64,000 nt of DNA, taken from Clostridia bacterium. GTDB taxonomy: Bacteria; Bacillota; Sulfobacillia; SLMV01. The position numbers and the translations under genes are program-made. Shown piece after piece: positions 45,412 to 55,753 of this stretch (the first letter of the stretch is position 1; the number at the start of each line of letters is the position of its first letter). Below the pieces are notes generated by a model. That model saw only the letters and a list, made by a program, of their open reading frames with translations, did not search any database and had not been told where the DNA came from. The DNA lies in the NCBI GenBank assembly GCA_003552525.1, contig PUNF01000036.1, positions 6,552 to 70,551 of the forward strand, given 5' to 3'.

Positions 45412-47292
45412 TTATACCGCCCGCCCTTCCTCGATGTACTTCATGAGGGCGTCCATGGGATAAATATCGAGCGCCTCGATCCAGTTCCTGATCTGCTTGC
45501 GGCGATCGGCCTCCTCTTTCTCGAGAAAGACCGGGCGGCCGCGTGCATCGATGATCAGTCCGACGATTCCACCCTCGACTTCCACGTCCATGGCGCGCCC
45601 CGTGCCCTCGCCGACGTCCCAGCGGCGGCCGGGCTCCACGTGTGCCTGGGCAACGCTTCCCTCTTCGAGCGGGATCAACCGGATCTCGCCGAACCCGAGG
45701 GTCTCCACCCGCTCCGTGCCATCGGGCATGGTGAGCGTCACCTTGACCGGGGTGGAGTCGCGGAGGTTCTCCATCCTGATGCCTTCCTGGGGTACCGGGG
45801 CGATACTGCTCCCGAGGCACACCAGGCAATCGCGGTCGAAGACCTGCGCCGATGCCTCGGGATGCACCGTGGCCAAAACACCCAGCTGTGGCATCATAAA
45901 GATGCTGTCGACCGCCAGGCGCGTAACACCCTCGGGTTGGAAGGCATCCAGCATCATCAGTGCGGACTGCACGCGGCGCGGTGCGTGGGACAATACCCCA
46001 CCACTGCCGAGGATCATGCCGAGGGTCATCATGTTCACGAGCGTCGCACCGCTGACCTTCTGGTCAAAAGTATCTCCCATGTCTCGGGCCTGGCGAATAC
46101 CCTTCAAGCCGGTCGCCAGCGTCTTGTGGTGTTCGAACGCGAGGCGCAGGGCTTCCCGCGCAAGGGCCTGCTCCACCACGAGTTCCTCGAGGGAATGGGG
46201 AATCGTCGTCGGGCGAATCATCTTGTTGCGGATTCGGCTGCGAAGCGCCTCCTCCGATACGGACATGGGCAACCACCGGGAGATGCTGTCCAACCCGGTC
46301 TCCAGCAAAACGTTGCATATACTGTAGCTCATCCCGAGGTTGGCCGATACCGTGCGGTTGAAGGTGCCGGCGAACACACTGAAAACATCGGTGGTGGCGC
46401 CCCCGATGTCTACCCCCAGCACTTCCATCTTGTATTGCTTGGCGACGTTTTGGATACCCAGCCCGACCGCGCCCGGCGTCGGCATGATCGGGGCATCTGT
46501 CCAACCCATGAGCTTGTTGTACCCGGGTGCCTGGGCCATGACGTGCTCCATGAAGAGGTTGTGGATCTCCTCGCGCGCGGGTTCTAGGACCTCTTCTTCC
46601 AGTACGGGCCGTATGTTATCGACCAGGCGAAGGTCCAGGCTCTCTCCCAGTGTATCCCTGACGTGTCCGCGGGCGTCCTTGTTACCCGCAAAGATAACGG
46701 GCAGCTGGAAACCGATCCCGAGGCGCGGACGCGGATCCGCTGCGGCGATCAATTCGGCGATCTGGCTCACGTGGGCAATGGTGCCGCCATCCACACCACC
46801 GGACAGTAGGATCATATCCGGTCGCAATTGACGGATCCGGGAAATCTTTTGGTGTGGCAATCTCCCATCGTCTACCGAGATCGCATCCATGACGATGGCA
46901 CCCGCGCCCAATGCCGCGCGTTCTGCACTCTCGGCCGTCATCGTCTTCACGACCCCGGCCACCATCATTTGTAGTCCGCCACCGGCACTACTAGTGGAAA
47001 GATAGACGTCCGCGCCCTTCTCATCCGACGCCCGTGGTCGAATTACTCCCTCGGGCGCAAGGAGCGTCTTGCCGGAAAGTTCTTCCACCTCGGTCACGGC
47101 ATTGCGCACGCCCATGGTCACGTCCTCAAAGGGTGCTTCCACCGTCGTGGGAGCCTCACCGCGGACGATAAGCCGATACTCACCATCGCGCTTTTCGATG
47201 AGAATGGCCTTGGTGGTCGTACTTCCACAGTCGGTGGCGACAATAGTTTGGATTTGATCCTTTGGAATCTTCGTTACACCTTCCGTCGACAA
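45412..47292 (-). CDS. Module B EutA/MutL/DdrA-type ASKHA ATPase (reactivase-like family), 626 aa; paralog of 34241..36070
   Basis: IVATDCGSTTTKAILI phosphate-1 motif, MTAESAERAALGAGA, GGVDGGTIAHVSQIAELI, and second-lobe VLGVDIGGATTDVF. About 50% identical to the module A ATPase over most of its length. Start re-placed at TTG 47292, preceded by GGGAGGAGGAGAGG. Confidence 0.7.
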   Translation of the reverse strand: MSTEGVTKIPKDQIQTIVATDCGSTTTKAILIEKRDGEYRLIVRGEAPTTVEAPFEDVTMGVRNAVTEVEELSGKTLLAPEGVIRPRASDEKGADVYLSTSSAGGGLQMMVAGVVKTMTAESAERAALGAGAIVMDAISVDDGRLPHQKISRIRQLRPDMILLSGGVDGGTIAHVSQIAELIAAADPRPRLGIGFQLPVIFAGNKDARGHVRDTLGESLDLRLVDNIRPVLEEEVLEPAREEIHNLFMEHVMAQAPGYNKLMGWTDAPIMPTPGAVGLGIQNVAKQYKMEVLGVDIGGATTDVFSVFAGTFNRTVSANLGMSYSICNVLLETGLDSISRWLPMSVSEEALRSRIRNKMIRPTTIPHSLEELVVEQALAREALRLAFEHHKTLATGLKGIRQARDMGDTFDQKVSGATLVNMMTLGMILGSGGVLSHAPRRVQSALMMLDAFQPEGVTRLAVDSIFMMPQLGVLATVHPEASAQVFDRDCLVCLGSSIAPVPQEGIRMENLRDSTPVKVTLTMPDGTERVETLGFGEIRLIPLEEGSVAQAHVEPGRRWDVGEGTGRAMDVEVEGGIVGLIIDARGRPVFLEKEEADRRKQIRNWIEALDIYPMDALMKYIEEGRAV

Positions 47293-47365
47293 GCAGCCTC
47301 TCCTCCTCCCGGGTCCCCGGCGTGGTGCCGGGTGACCGGAGCATTTCACCCCAACCGCCGATTGC

Positions 47366-47752
47366 TCATCCTGCCGACCCCTCGGGGGGATCGTCTTTTC
47401 GCTCCTCCGCATCCTCAGATCGCCGCTCCGCCTTCTCCTCGGCAGCCCGCTTACGCGCTGCGCGACGCTGCTTCTCTTCTTCTTCGATCATTTCTTCAAG
47501 GCGCTCGACAAGGCGATCCAGGTTCTCTCGATCCTGAAGCAAATACCCAATTTCCGAGGCATAGGGATGCCCGGTGAAAAGGTTCGTAAACGGTGCCAGC
47601 ATGTGCATCCCCTGGCTGGTTACAAACGAAAGCGGGCGGAAACCGTCAAATAACATGATGGCGGGCGCGACCATCTCCCACTCGTAGATCCGCTGTGCAG
47701 CCCACTCGATCAATTCATCCCGTCTCTCGGGAGAAATATCATCTCTGCGCAC
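47366..47752 (-). CDS. Hypothetical protein with a highly charged (E/K/R-rich) C-terminal tail, immediately upstream of the module B ATPase
   Basis: 128 aa. A conserved-looking N-terminal region (EWAAQRIYEWEMVAPAIMLFDGF...) is followed by ERLEEMIEEEEKQRRAARKRAAEEKAERRSEDAEERKDD, a low-complexity charged tail. No family assigned. Confidence 0.4.
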   Translation of the reverse strand: MRRDDISPERRDELIEWAAQRIYEWEMVAPAIMLFDGFRPLSFVTSQGMHMLAPFTNLFTGHPYASEIGYLLQDRENLDRLVERLEEMIEEEEKQRRAARKRAAEEKAERRSEDAEERKDDPPEGSAG

Positions 47753-48042
47753 CGTGGCACCCCCTTCGAAAGGACTAAAAACGGGTAAGTCACTGCCTTA
47801 AATGATGGAGCCAATCTCGCGTAACCCGGGCCAACCCCTCCCAAGGGACGAATCCCGTAACGGACCTCTCCGGATCGGAGAATATCGAAAAAGCGGGCGG
47901 TAGCGCTCCCCGTCCAATCCTTTTTACCCGTTTCCCCTGCGGCAATGCAACCCCCGGCACCCGTCGTCATGGGAAAATCGTGTTTCGACACCGTTCGCCG
48001 TTTGCAGCCCGTAGGAAGGGGCGCCGCACATTCCGCAATGCG

Positions 48043-49290
48043 TCATCGGGATGCCGGGCTATCACTGCATACGACGTGGTTCAGCACAACGCCGGCCAAA
48101 AGCATCATGCCCACCTCGAGGGCTCTTTCGTCGATGTCGAATTGGGGGTGATGCACCGGGGGAGCGGGTGTCTCGGACTCCGGATTTGCCACGCCCAGGC
48201 CGATGAAACAACCGGGGACGCTTTCGCTGAAGTAAGAGAAGTCCTCGCCACCAATGCTCGGGGCATCCAGCGGGGAAAACGCGCCGGGACCGAGGTGTTG
48301 CTGGGCCACGCGACGCACCCGATCCACCAGGCCAGCATCGTTTTTCACCGCGGGATAACCCGTCTTGTAATGCACGGTGCCCGTCGCCCGCATGCTCGCG
48401 GCAACCCCGTCCACCAGGCGTTCAATTCTATCGCGAAGCACCGTACGCGTTTTTTCGGTCACGCACATCGCGGTACCTTCGATGCTCACCCTTGGTGCGA
48501 TAATGGTGTTCCGATACCCGCCGCAAATCTTCCCGAGGCTCACCGCCACCGGTTCGGACGGTGAGGTTTCGCGACTGACCAGCCCTTGCAGGGCGCCGAT
48601 GACCTGCCCCGCGACCACGATCGCATCCACCGCGCCGTGGGGCTGGCTCCCGTGTCCCGCGACACCATCGATATCGATCACGATCTCGTCGTTAAACCCC
48701 ACCACGACCCCGGCCCGCGTCGAAACGGTCCCGGTCGGCAGGCTCGGGTTGACGTGAAGTGCATACACCGCATCGACGGCGGGATTCGCGAGAACACCGG
48801 CATCCCGCATCGGAAGGGCACCTCCGTTGCCCTCCTCGTCGGGTTGGAAGATGAACTTGACGTTTCCTGCCAATGCACACCCCTCGGCACGCATGTTTGA
48901 CAATAGGCGCGCCACGCCGACCAAGATCGCGGTATGGGCATCGTGTCCACACGCGTGCATGACGCCCGGCCTGCGAGAACGGTATGATACATCCTTGGCA
49001 TCGGACATCGGGAGCGCATCCATGTCCGCTCGCAAGGCCACCGTCGGCCCGGGGCCGTCGCCCCGCAAAAGCCCCAACACCCCGTGGCCTCCCAGCCCCT
49101 GGGTCACCTCGAGACCCATTCGGTGAAGTCTCTGCGCAACGAGATCGGACGTATCCACCTCGTGACCGCCGAGCTCGGGGTACATATGCAAGTGCCGCCG
49201 AAACGCCCGGATGTCCTCCCCGATCCTTCGGACCCGCCGCAGCATATCCGCGCGGGAAAGATCGAATTCTGCAGGTCTACAATGATCCAT
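48043..49290 (-). CDS. M20 family amidohydrolase (aminoacylase / hippurate hydrolase-like)
   Basis: HACGHDAHTAILVG metal-binding motif and an M20D dimerisation domain. ATG at 49290 verified, avoiding overlap with the upstream paralog. Confidence 0.8.
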   Translation of the reverse strand: MDHCRPAEFDLSRADMLRRVRRIGEDIRAFRRHLHMYPELGGHEVDTSDLVAQRLHRMGLEVTQGLGGHGVLGLLRGDGPGPTVALRADMDALPMSDAKDVSYRSRRPGVMHACGHDAHTAILVGVARLLSNMRAEGCALAGNVKFIFQPDEEGNGGALPMRDAGVLANPAVDAVYALHVNPSLPTGTVSTRAGVVVGFNDEIVIDIDGVAGHGSQPHGAVDAIVVAGQVIGALQGLVSRETSPSEPVAVSLGKICGGYRNTIIAPRVSIEGTAMCVTEKTRTVLRDRIERLVDGVAASMRATGTVHYKTGYPAVKNDAGLVDRVRRVAQQHLGPGAFSPLDAPSIGGEDFSYFSESVPGCFIGLGVANPESETPAPPVHHPQFDIDERALEVGMMLLAGVVLNHVVCSDSPASR

Positions 49291-49366
49291 CAGCGCACCT
49301 TCCCGGGGCCAATCCCCCAATGCAACGCGAACGCCCATCACCTTGCGATGGGCGTTCGCGGACTCA

Positions 49367-50605
49367 TCATGATTCGCGAGAGAGATATGCCAGGGCCACA
49401 CCCGTCATGACCGTGACACCCGTGACCAATCCACCCTCGTCGATATCAAACTTGGGATTGTGATTGGGATATACCCCGAGGCCCTTCTCCGCATTGTGCA
49501 CGCCGAGGCGGAAGAAACAGCCGGGTACCGCCCGGGCGAAGTACGCGAAATCCTCCGCTCCCATGCTGGGCTCGGGGATATCGAGAACCGCGGACGGCCC
49601 GAGCAGCACACTCGCCGTATCGAAGAAAAGGTCCACCATCTCCCGGTCGTTCTCCAGTGGCGGATACCCCCGTTGGTAATCCAGGCGATAGTCCGCGCGC
49701 ATTGCCCCCGTGATCCCCGACAGGATCCCCTCTATTCGATCCTGCAGCATATCCCGCGTCTCATCGCTCAGTGATCGGATCGTCGTCTCCATTTTCACGT
49801 TGGGTGCGATGATATTGTTTCGGTATCCGCCCTCGATTCGGCCGACGGTGATGACGGCCGCGTCCGCAGGAGAAACCTCGCGGCTGACGATCGTCTGAAG
49901 AGCCGTGAGGGCCTGCGCCGCGACGATCACGCTGTCAACGGACTTGTGCGGATGCGCACCATGCCCGCCGCTTCCTATGATTTCGATGCGCGCCTCATCA
50001 GCGGCAGCGGTGATCACGCCACTGCGGGAACCCACGGTCCCGACCGCGTGCTCAACGCTGACGTGTAGACCGAACACGGCATCCACCACGGGGTCTTCGA
50101 AAGCACCCTCGGCCAGCATCGGTTCGGCTCCGCCCGGACCCTCCTCCGCCGGCTGGAAGAGGAACTTGACGTTGCCCTTCAAGGTCCTACCACAATCGGT
50201 AAGTTCTACCAGCGCCTTGGCAGTGCCCATGAGGCAGGCAGTGTGGGCGTCGTGTCCACACGAATGCATCTTGCCTTGCACACACGATGCGTACTCCACA
50301 CCGGTATCTTCATCCATGGGGAGGGCATCCATATCCGCGCGCAGGGCGACCGTGGGGCCATCCTGTGCCCCCCGAAGCAAGCCGATTACCCCCGTGGTCG
50401 CGACGGACTCTGTCACCTCGATGCCGAGTGCCCGAAGGAACGCGGCGACCGTGGCCGCCGTCTCAAATTCCTCCATGCCGAGCTCGGGATTGCGGTGAAA
50501 CGCACGTCGCAGTGCGATGACCTCGTCCGATAGGGCCTCGGCTTGACCACGTATCTCCCCCACGGTAACGGGACCGATTTGTCGGTCCTGATCGATTTCG
50601 CTCAC
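49367..50605 (-). CDS. M20 family amidohydrolase (tandem paralog)
   Basis: HSCGHDAHTACLMG motif; about 45% identical to the adjacent M20 gene. Confidence 0.8.
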   Translation of the reverse strand: MSEIDQDRQIGPVTVGEIRGQAEALSDEVIALRRAFHRNPELGMEEFETAATVAAFLRALGIEVTESVATTGVIGLLRGAQDGPTVALRADMDALPMDEDTGVEYASCVQGKMHSCGHDAHTACLMGTAKALVELTDCGRTLKGNVKFLFQPAEEGPGGAEPMLAEGAFEDPVVDAVFGLHVSVEHAVGTVGSRSGVITAAADEARIEIIGSGGHGAHPHKSVDSVIVAAQALTALQTIVSREVSPADAAVITVGRIEGGYRNNIIAPNVKMETTIRSLSDETRDMLQDRIEGILSGITGAMRADYRLDYQRGYPPLENDREMVDLFFDTASVLLGPSAVLDIPEPSMGAEDFAYFARAVPGCFFRLGVHNAEKGLGVYPNHNPKFDIDEGGLVTGVTVMTGVALAYLSRES

Positions 50606-50627
50606 GAGTACCTCCTCCTTCTCGGGA

Positions 50628-51470
50628 CTAGCGGCTCGAACACGACGCCAGGTAGATCATGGCACGCAGGCCACGATAGGCCGACGGCGCATCCTGGGCA
50701 GTATACTCTACCTCAACCGGGGACTTCCGCTCGGATCCGGGCAGCAGTCCCGCGAGGTCTGCCATGGCCGTATCCCTGGTTGTAAGCGCGACTGTGACCG
50801 GGGATTCGGACTTGGGTTCGGGGATTTCACCCGCCCCCAATGCCTTCATCGCCGCGGCCATTCCCTCGCGGATGGCCGCGCGCGCCGCCTCCGGCGGCAT
50901 GCACAATGCGGCATAGCGTCCCACATCTTCTTTGACGGCCGTGGTCACTGCGGACGGGTTTCGCTCCTGCACCTGGCGACACGTGGCAGTGTCACCGCTG
51001 GTGAATATCAGCGGGATCCCAAAGTGCGCGGCAATCGCGGCGTTGAGTCCCGCCTCCCCAACCTCCACGCCATTGAGCACGAGTCGCGATACCACCGCAC
51101 CGGAAATGGTATGGTTGAGCACCCCATGCGTTCCCGCCCGCGCATGGTATCCCACGAACGCAGCGGCGGCAAAACCATCCCGATCGTCGATCCCTTCCAT
51201 CTGCCCCATTAACTTTGGTGCGCCGGTCAACAGGCGGGCGGACGGGTGAATATCCTCGATGAGAAGGTTTCTCATGCCCCCGTGTCCATCATTGACGATG
51301 ACCTCGTCGGCTCCTCCATCCACCGCTCCCGCTACCGCTGCATTGACTTCCTCTGTCACGAGCTTGCGCGTCCGCGCGTAATCCGAGCCCCCGGCTCCGA
51401 CCTGGTCGCCATGGACCACGCCGCTGACACCCTCCAGATCGGCCGATATGTATATGCGTAACATATTCAT
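50628..51470 (-). CDS. dppA: D-aminopeptidase DppA (peptidase M55)
   Basis: MLRIYISADLEGVSGVV ... VNDGHGGM is the M55 signature; 280 aa. Confidence 0.8.
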   Translation of the reverse strand: MNMLRIYISADLEGVSGVVHGDQVGAGGSDYARTRKLVTEEVNAAVAGAVDGGADEVIVNDGHGGMRNLLIEDIHPSARLLTGAPKLMGQMEGIDDRDGFAAAAFVGYHARAGTHGVLNHTISGAVVSRLVLNGVEVGEAGLNAAIAAHFGIPLIFTSGDTATCRQVQERNPSAVTTAVKEDVGRYAALCMPPEAARAAIREGMAAAMKALGAGEIPEPKSESPVTVALTTRDTAMADLAGLLPGSERKSPVEVEYTAQDAPSAYRGLRAMIYLASCSSR

Positions 51471-52508
51471 CTACTCCCTTCCGGTGTCGACTCTCCCCTC
51501 GCGCAGGGCGAACCGGGGACGAATCACACCTACCGTGTCTCCGGGAAGGTTCTCGTTGGCGTGTACCCGGAACGCTTCCAGGCGATCTTGGTCTTCTCCG
51601 GACCACAATCCCATCTGCCGCGCCGTCTCGACGGCCACCATCCCGGCGGCCCGACCATCGCCGTCCTCGGTCTTCACCGCGATACCGATACCCGCTCGCT
51701 CATCACCGATACAATAGACCCCCGCCGCACCGCTCTTAGCCACGAAACGGCCGGAAGGCAATCCGTTGATCGCGGTGCAAATTCGACCGGTTCCTCCGAC
51801 CAGGAGCGGTTCTTCTCGCATCGCGATCCGCACTCCGCGTGCCGCGTCGGCACGTTGCGCGGGTAACCCGGAGCCGCTGGCCAATCGTGCGAACGCATAT
51901 GCCATGTGCATAATCGGAAGACCATGTACCACGACACCACAACCATCCGGGGCCACGGCAATGTCCGCCGCATCGATACCGGCCATACCCGCAACCACGT
52001 CCATGATGTAATCCTGCACCGGGTGTCCGACACGCCGGTAATTCGTGGGATCAAGACCGAGTTGCACGCAAAGTGCAAGCATGGCCGCGTGCTTACCCGA
52101 ACAATTGCAGTGGACTTCCCAGGGTTTCTTTCCGGCGGTGTACAATGCCTTGCGTGCATCCCGGTCGATGGGCGGATGGACCCCGCACTCGAGTAACCCG
52201 GGATCTACCCCGGCCTTCTCGAGGATCGCGTGGACTGCCTCCACGTGCTCGGGTTGACCGCTATGCGAGCCACATGCCACGGCAAGCTCCGACGCACCGA
52301 GCTGAAAGGCTTCAGCCGCACCGCTCTCGATGAGTGCCAAAGCCTGCAGGGGCTTGGCCGCCGATCGCATAAAAGTCACCAGCGAGGCATCGCCGGCAAA
52401 CGCCAAAACAGAGCCCGTCGTATCTACCACCGCAACAGATCCCCGATGGACGCATTCCACTAGGTCTCCCCGCGTCACTTCAACGAGGATCTCGGTTCTT
52501 TCGTTCAA
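51471..52508 (-). CDS. Asparaginase_II family protein (L-asparaginase II-like, PF06089)
   Basis: VEVTRGDLVECVHRGSVAVVD ... ACGSHSGQPEHVEAV matches the Asparaginase_II family pattern. Confidence 0.7.
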   Translation of the reverse strand: MNERTEILVEVTRGDLVECVHRGSVAVVDTTGSVLAFAGDASLVTFMRSAAKPLQALALIESGAAEAFQLGASELAVACGSHSGQPEHVEAVHAILEKAGVDPGLLECGVHPPIDRDARKALYTAGKKPWEVHCNCSGKHAAMLALCVQLGLDPTNYRRVGHPVQDYIMDVVAGMAGIDAADIAVAPDGCGVVVHGLPIMHMAYAFARLASGSGLPAQRADAARGVRIAMREEPLLVGGTGRICTAINGLPSGRFVAKSGAAGVYCIGDERAGIGIAVKTEDGDGRAAGMVAVETARQMGLWSGEDQDRLEAFRVHANENLPGDTVGVIRPRFALREGRVDTGRE

Positions 52509-53662
52509 CCACCATCGCTCCCCTCGCGTACCCGTTTTGTAATGTCCAGGACGGCCTCCACGGGCAGTCCCGGCGAAGCATTTCCATCCCGGCCGACGAC
52601 GGTGTCCGCCACGAAGAGACTATTGAGAACGGCCTCCTCGGTGCTCTCGACGGCAGCCCGAAACAACATGTTGATCCCCGGGTGTCCGTCGATGAAGACA
52701 TCCCTTCGTGCACGGTACCCCCCGAGATGGTGTCCGACGCGGTTGCGGGTGGAAAACGCCAAAAGGAAGTCGCCGCTCCCGTTGCTCGCGATCGATCCGG
52801 TACGTGCCAGGCCCAACGCCCCGCGCGCGGCGAGGCGACGAAGCTGACGGGCATCCAGGGGCGCATCGGTGGCGAGGATTACGACCACCGATCCGTCGCC
52901 CTCCGGGGCGACCGGCGGCGGTGGCAGCATGGCCCCCACCGGTGCACCGATCACGCGCAAATCCTCCCAGGCACCGAAGTTGCTCAGGACCAGTGCACCC
53001 AGTACGTAGTGGTCCGCGCCCTCCCAAAGTTCCTCGTCCCCGGCACCCCTCGGCACCTCGACCACGCGCGATGCGGTGCCGATTCCACCCTTGTGGCCAT
53101 AGCATCGCATTCCGGTGCCGGCGCCGACCACGCCCTCGTCGACACGACCCCCCGAGGCAGCGCGAAGAGCCTCGCAAACCGACTCGCGACCCACGTGGCG
53201 CCCCCGAATATCGTTGAGCTCCCCATCATTGCACTCGAGGACGACCGGGTTGATCGTACCGGTGTCCCGACCGGCCGACGGGTTCAAGCGAAGCATGTGA
53301 TCGAGGAGCGCATCGGCCACGCGACCGACACTCATGGTGCTGGTGAGCAATATCGGGCTCTCCAGTTCACCCAGCTCGCACACCTGGGGCAACCCGATCG
53401 CCTTTCCAAAGCCATTGAGGACGTGAACCCCGGCGGGAAACTTCGCCCGAAAGGGATCCCCGTCTCCGGGCATCACCGCGGTACAGCCGGTGCGAACTGG
53501 GCCCTGTCCGGGGAACAGGGGACCCTCTCCAGCCCAAAGCGTGCTGTGCCCGACACGCACCCCCGGGACGTCGGTGATGGCGTTGTGCATACCCGTCGGC
53601 ATTCCCGGGATATAGAGCCCCGCTTCCCGGGCGCGCGGTCTTGGGGCAGGGGGTCCGCTCAT
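52505..53662 (-). CDS. Peptidase S58 (DmpA / L-aminopeptidase D-Ala-esterase/amidase-like, Ntn hydrolase)
   Basis: NAITDVPGVRVGHSTL ... GTGMRCYGHKGGIGTASR are DmpA/ArgJ-fold motifs. ATG at 53662 verified, giving a 4-nt overlap with the upstream gene. Confidence 0.75.
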   Translation of the reverse strand: MSGPPAPRPRAREAGLYIPGMPTGMHNAITDVPGVRVGHSTLWAGEGPLFPGQGPVRTGCTAVMPGDGDPFRAKFPAGVHVLNGFGKAIGLPQVCELGELESPILLTSTMSVGRVADALLDHMLRLNPSAGRDTGTINPVVLECNDGELNDIRGRHVGRESVCEALRAASGGRVDEGVVGAGTGMRCYGHKGGIGTASRVVEVPRGAGDEELWEGADHYVLGALVLSNFGAWEDLRVIGAPVGAMLPPPPVAPEGDGSVVVILATDAPLDARQLRRLAARGALGLARTGSIASNGSGDFLLAFSTRNRVGHHLGGYRARRDVFIDGHPGINMLFRAAVESTEEAVLNSLFVADTVVGRDGNASPGLPVEAVLDITKRVREGSDGG

Positions 53663-54384
53663 CGTATCTCCCTCCCCTTCGGGCGGCAGGCATCTACGAA
53701 AGCCCGAAACAACGCAGCCATGATCGGCGAGGTCGCGACCATGTTCTCCGGATGCCACTGGACACCGATGACAAAACGTGCATCGGAACACTCGATGGCC
53801 TCGATGATGCCGTCCGGCGCTCGGGCCGCGATCACCATTCCGGTACCCAGTTCGCGCGCCGCCTGGTGATGTACCGTGTTAACGGCAACCCGGGATTGGC
53901 CCACGATATCCATCAACCGGGTCTCGCGCGCGACGGAGACCGTGTGGGCAGGATGCCAGCGGGGAGCCGTTTGGCGGTGTTGTAGCGCACCCCCGACCTG
54001 CGAACCGATGTCCTGGTACAGTGACCCTCCAACGGCCACGTTGAGAACCTGCAGTCCCCGGCAGATGGCAAAGATGGGTACATCCTTCTCGATGGCACGG
54101 CGCGCCAAGGCGAGTTCGATGGCATCCCGCTCCGGGCTCACCTTGCCCAGATCGGGCAGGGGTTCCTCGCCAAAGCGGGCCGGGTCGACATCCTCTCCCC
54201 CGCTGAGAAGCAATCCGTCGAGGCCCCCGAGGTATTCATCGGGCGAAGGCACTTCGGTCAATGGCGAAAATAGTGGTAGGAGCCAGGGTATTCCCCCGGC
54301 TCCCCGGACTGCCTCGACATAATCACGTGGGCAGTGAATCCTGGTCGTCTCGTAATTGATGCCGCAGGTTATTCCGATTCGCAA
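53659..54384 (-). CDS. Class I glutamine amidotransferase-like gamma-glutamyl hydrolase (peptidase C26, PuuD-like)
   Basis: MRIGITCGINYETTR ... FAICRGLQVLNVAVGG ... GVQWHPE, a Cys-His GATase1 triad; 241 aa. Confidence 0.75.
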   Translation of the reverse strand: MRIGITCGINYETTRIHCPRDYVEAVRGAGGIPWLLPLFSPLTEVPSPDEYLGGLDGLLLSGGEDVDPARFGEEPLPDLGKVSPERDAIELALARRAIEKDVPIFAICRGLQVLNVAVGGSLYQDIGSQVGGALQHRQTAPRWHPAHTVSVARETRLMDIVGQSRVAVNTVHHQAARELGTGMVIAARAPDGIIEAIECSDARFVIGVQWHPENMVATSPIMAALFRAFVDACRPKGREIR

Positions 54385-55385
54385 TCATCGTCACCACTTC
54401 CATGGGTATCGAGCAATATCTCCGGCCGGGCAAAGTTCGCGGGGAAACCGCCCGTGTGCCAGAAGAGAACGCGTTCTTCCGCGGCGATCCGCCCGGTGCG
54501 GATGTGATCCACCAGTCCTGCCAACGCCTTGGCCGTGTACGTTGGATCCGCCAGGATGCCCTCGGTCGCCGCCAGGAGGCGAATCGCCTCGATGCCGCCC
54601 TCCGTCGGTGCGGTGTATCCCTGCCCGACGTAGGAGTCATGGACACGTAGGAGTCCTGCGGCGGGGCCGGGATCCCAGCCCAGTAGCGCGGCCGTCCGGT
54701 CGATGAGATCTTCGGTCATCGCGTGAAGCTCTACAGAGGATCGGCTTACGCTCACCGTGTGAAGATGAACGGAAGCGTCGAGCTGCGCCAATCCCAGGGC
54801 CATTCCGGCCGCCGTACCCGCCGATCCCGAGGCCATGAATATGTGTTCTACCGCGAGATTCGCATCCGTCATCTGGTCGACCAGCTCCAGGGCCGCCTTC
54901 ACGTAACCCAGCGACCCCACCGGCACCGATCCGCCCAGCGGAATGACGTACGGTGTCTTTCCCTCCTCGCGAAGCCTTTGGGCGTGCTTTGCCATTTCGC
55001 CCTCGGCATCTTCCTCCGCGCAATAGTGCACCTCGGCACCGAAGAGCATATCCAAAAGGAGATTGCCCGATACCGCCCGGGGCGGTTCCCCCGTGAGAAC
55101 GAGGACGCAATCCAATCCGACGGTCGCAGCGGCCGCAGCCGTCATCCGGGCGTGATTCGACTGCACGCCCCCGGTCGTGATCAGCGCGTCACAGCCCCCG
55201 GCGAGCGCCTCACCCACCAGATACTCCAGTTTTCTCGCCTTGTTGCCCCCAAGACCCAGGGCCGTGAGATCATCACGCTTGATCCAGATATCCGGACCCT
55301 GGAGTCCGGCCGAGAAATTGGGGAGCCGATGGAGTGGAGTCGGGAGTGCGGCGAGCCGACACCTCGGAAACCGTGATAAGAACAT
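54369..55385 (-). CDS. PLP-dependent D-cysteine desulfhydrase / ACC deaminase family enzyme
   Basis: WIKRDDLTALGLGGNKARKLEYLV (PLP Lys) and GGVQSNHARMTAAAAA are typical of the DcyD/ACCD fold-type II family. Confidence 0.8.
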   Translation of the reverse strand: MFLSRFPRCRLAALPTPLHRLPNFSAGLQGPDIWIKRDDLTALGLGGNKARKLEYLVGEALAGGCDALITTGGVQSNHARMTAAAAATVGLDCVLVLTGEPPRAVSGNLLLDMLFGAEVHYCAEEDAEGEMAKHAQRLREEGKTPYVIPLGGSVPVGSLGYVKAALELVDQMTDANLAVEHIFMASGSAGTAAGMALGLAQLDASVHLHTVSVSRSSVELHAMTEDLIDRTAALLGWDPGPAAGLLRVHDSYVGQGYTAPTEGGIEAIRLLAATEGILADPTYTAKALAGLVDHIRTGRIAAEERVLFWHTGGFPANFARPEILLDTHGSGDDDCESE

Positions 55386-55402
55386 GTTCGCCTCCTCCCA
55401 CC

Positions 55403-55753
55403 TCAGAAATCCATAAGACCAAGACTGATCATCAGCGCACGATCGATCCGCTCCATGGTATCCGAGCCCAGGTGGGCAACCTTTTCTTTCAACCGCCGCT
55501 TGTCGATCGTGCGGATCTGTTCGAGCAACACCACGGAATCTCGATCCATGCGATGGTCCTCCATGGTGAGTTCCACGTGGATGGGGAGCTGGGACTTGGC
55601 AATGCGGGAAGTGATGGCGGCCACGATCACCGTGGGGCTGAAGCGGTTTCCCACGTCGTTTTGGATGACCAAAACGGGTCGGATCCCCCCCTGTTCGGAG
55701 CCGATCACGGGGCTTAAGTCAGCAAAAAAGATGTCGCCCCTAAGAATCCGCAA
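55403..55753 (-). CDS. ndoA: MazF/PemK-family endoribonuclease toxin (EndoA/NdoA-like)
   Basis: 116 aa; [33 protein letters not shown]... is nearly identical in pattern to B. subtilis EndoA. Confidence 0.9.
   Translation of the reverse strand: MRILRGDIFFADLSPVIGSEQGGIRPVLVIQNDVGNRFSPTVIVAAITSRIAKSQLPIHVELTMEDHRMDRDSVVLLEQIRTIDKRRLKEKVAHLGSDTMERIDRALMISLGLMDF

Noticed and set aside
47710-47991. 93-aa minus-strand ORF between the M20 gene and the 128-aa protein
   Set aside because: It overlaps the 128-aa ORF start by 43 nt, has no RBS or family resemblance, and is Gly/Ala/Arg-rich. It is more likely intergenic sequence containing a weak terminator-like hairpin (around 47900-47925).
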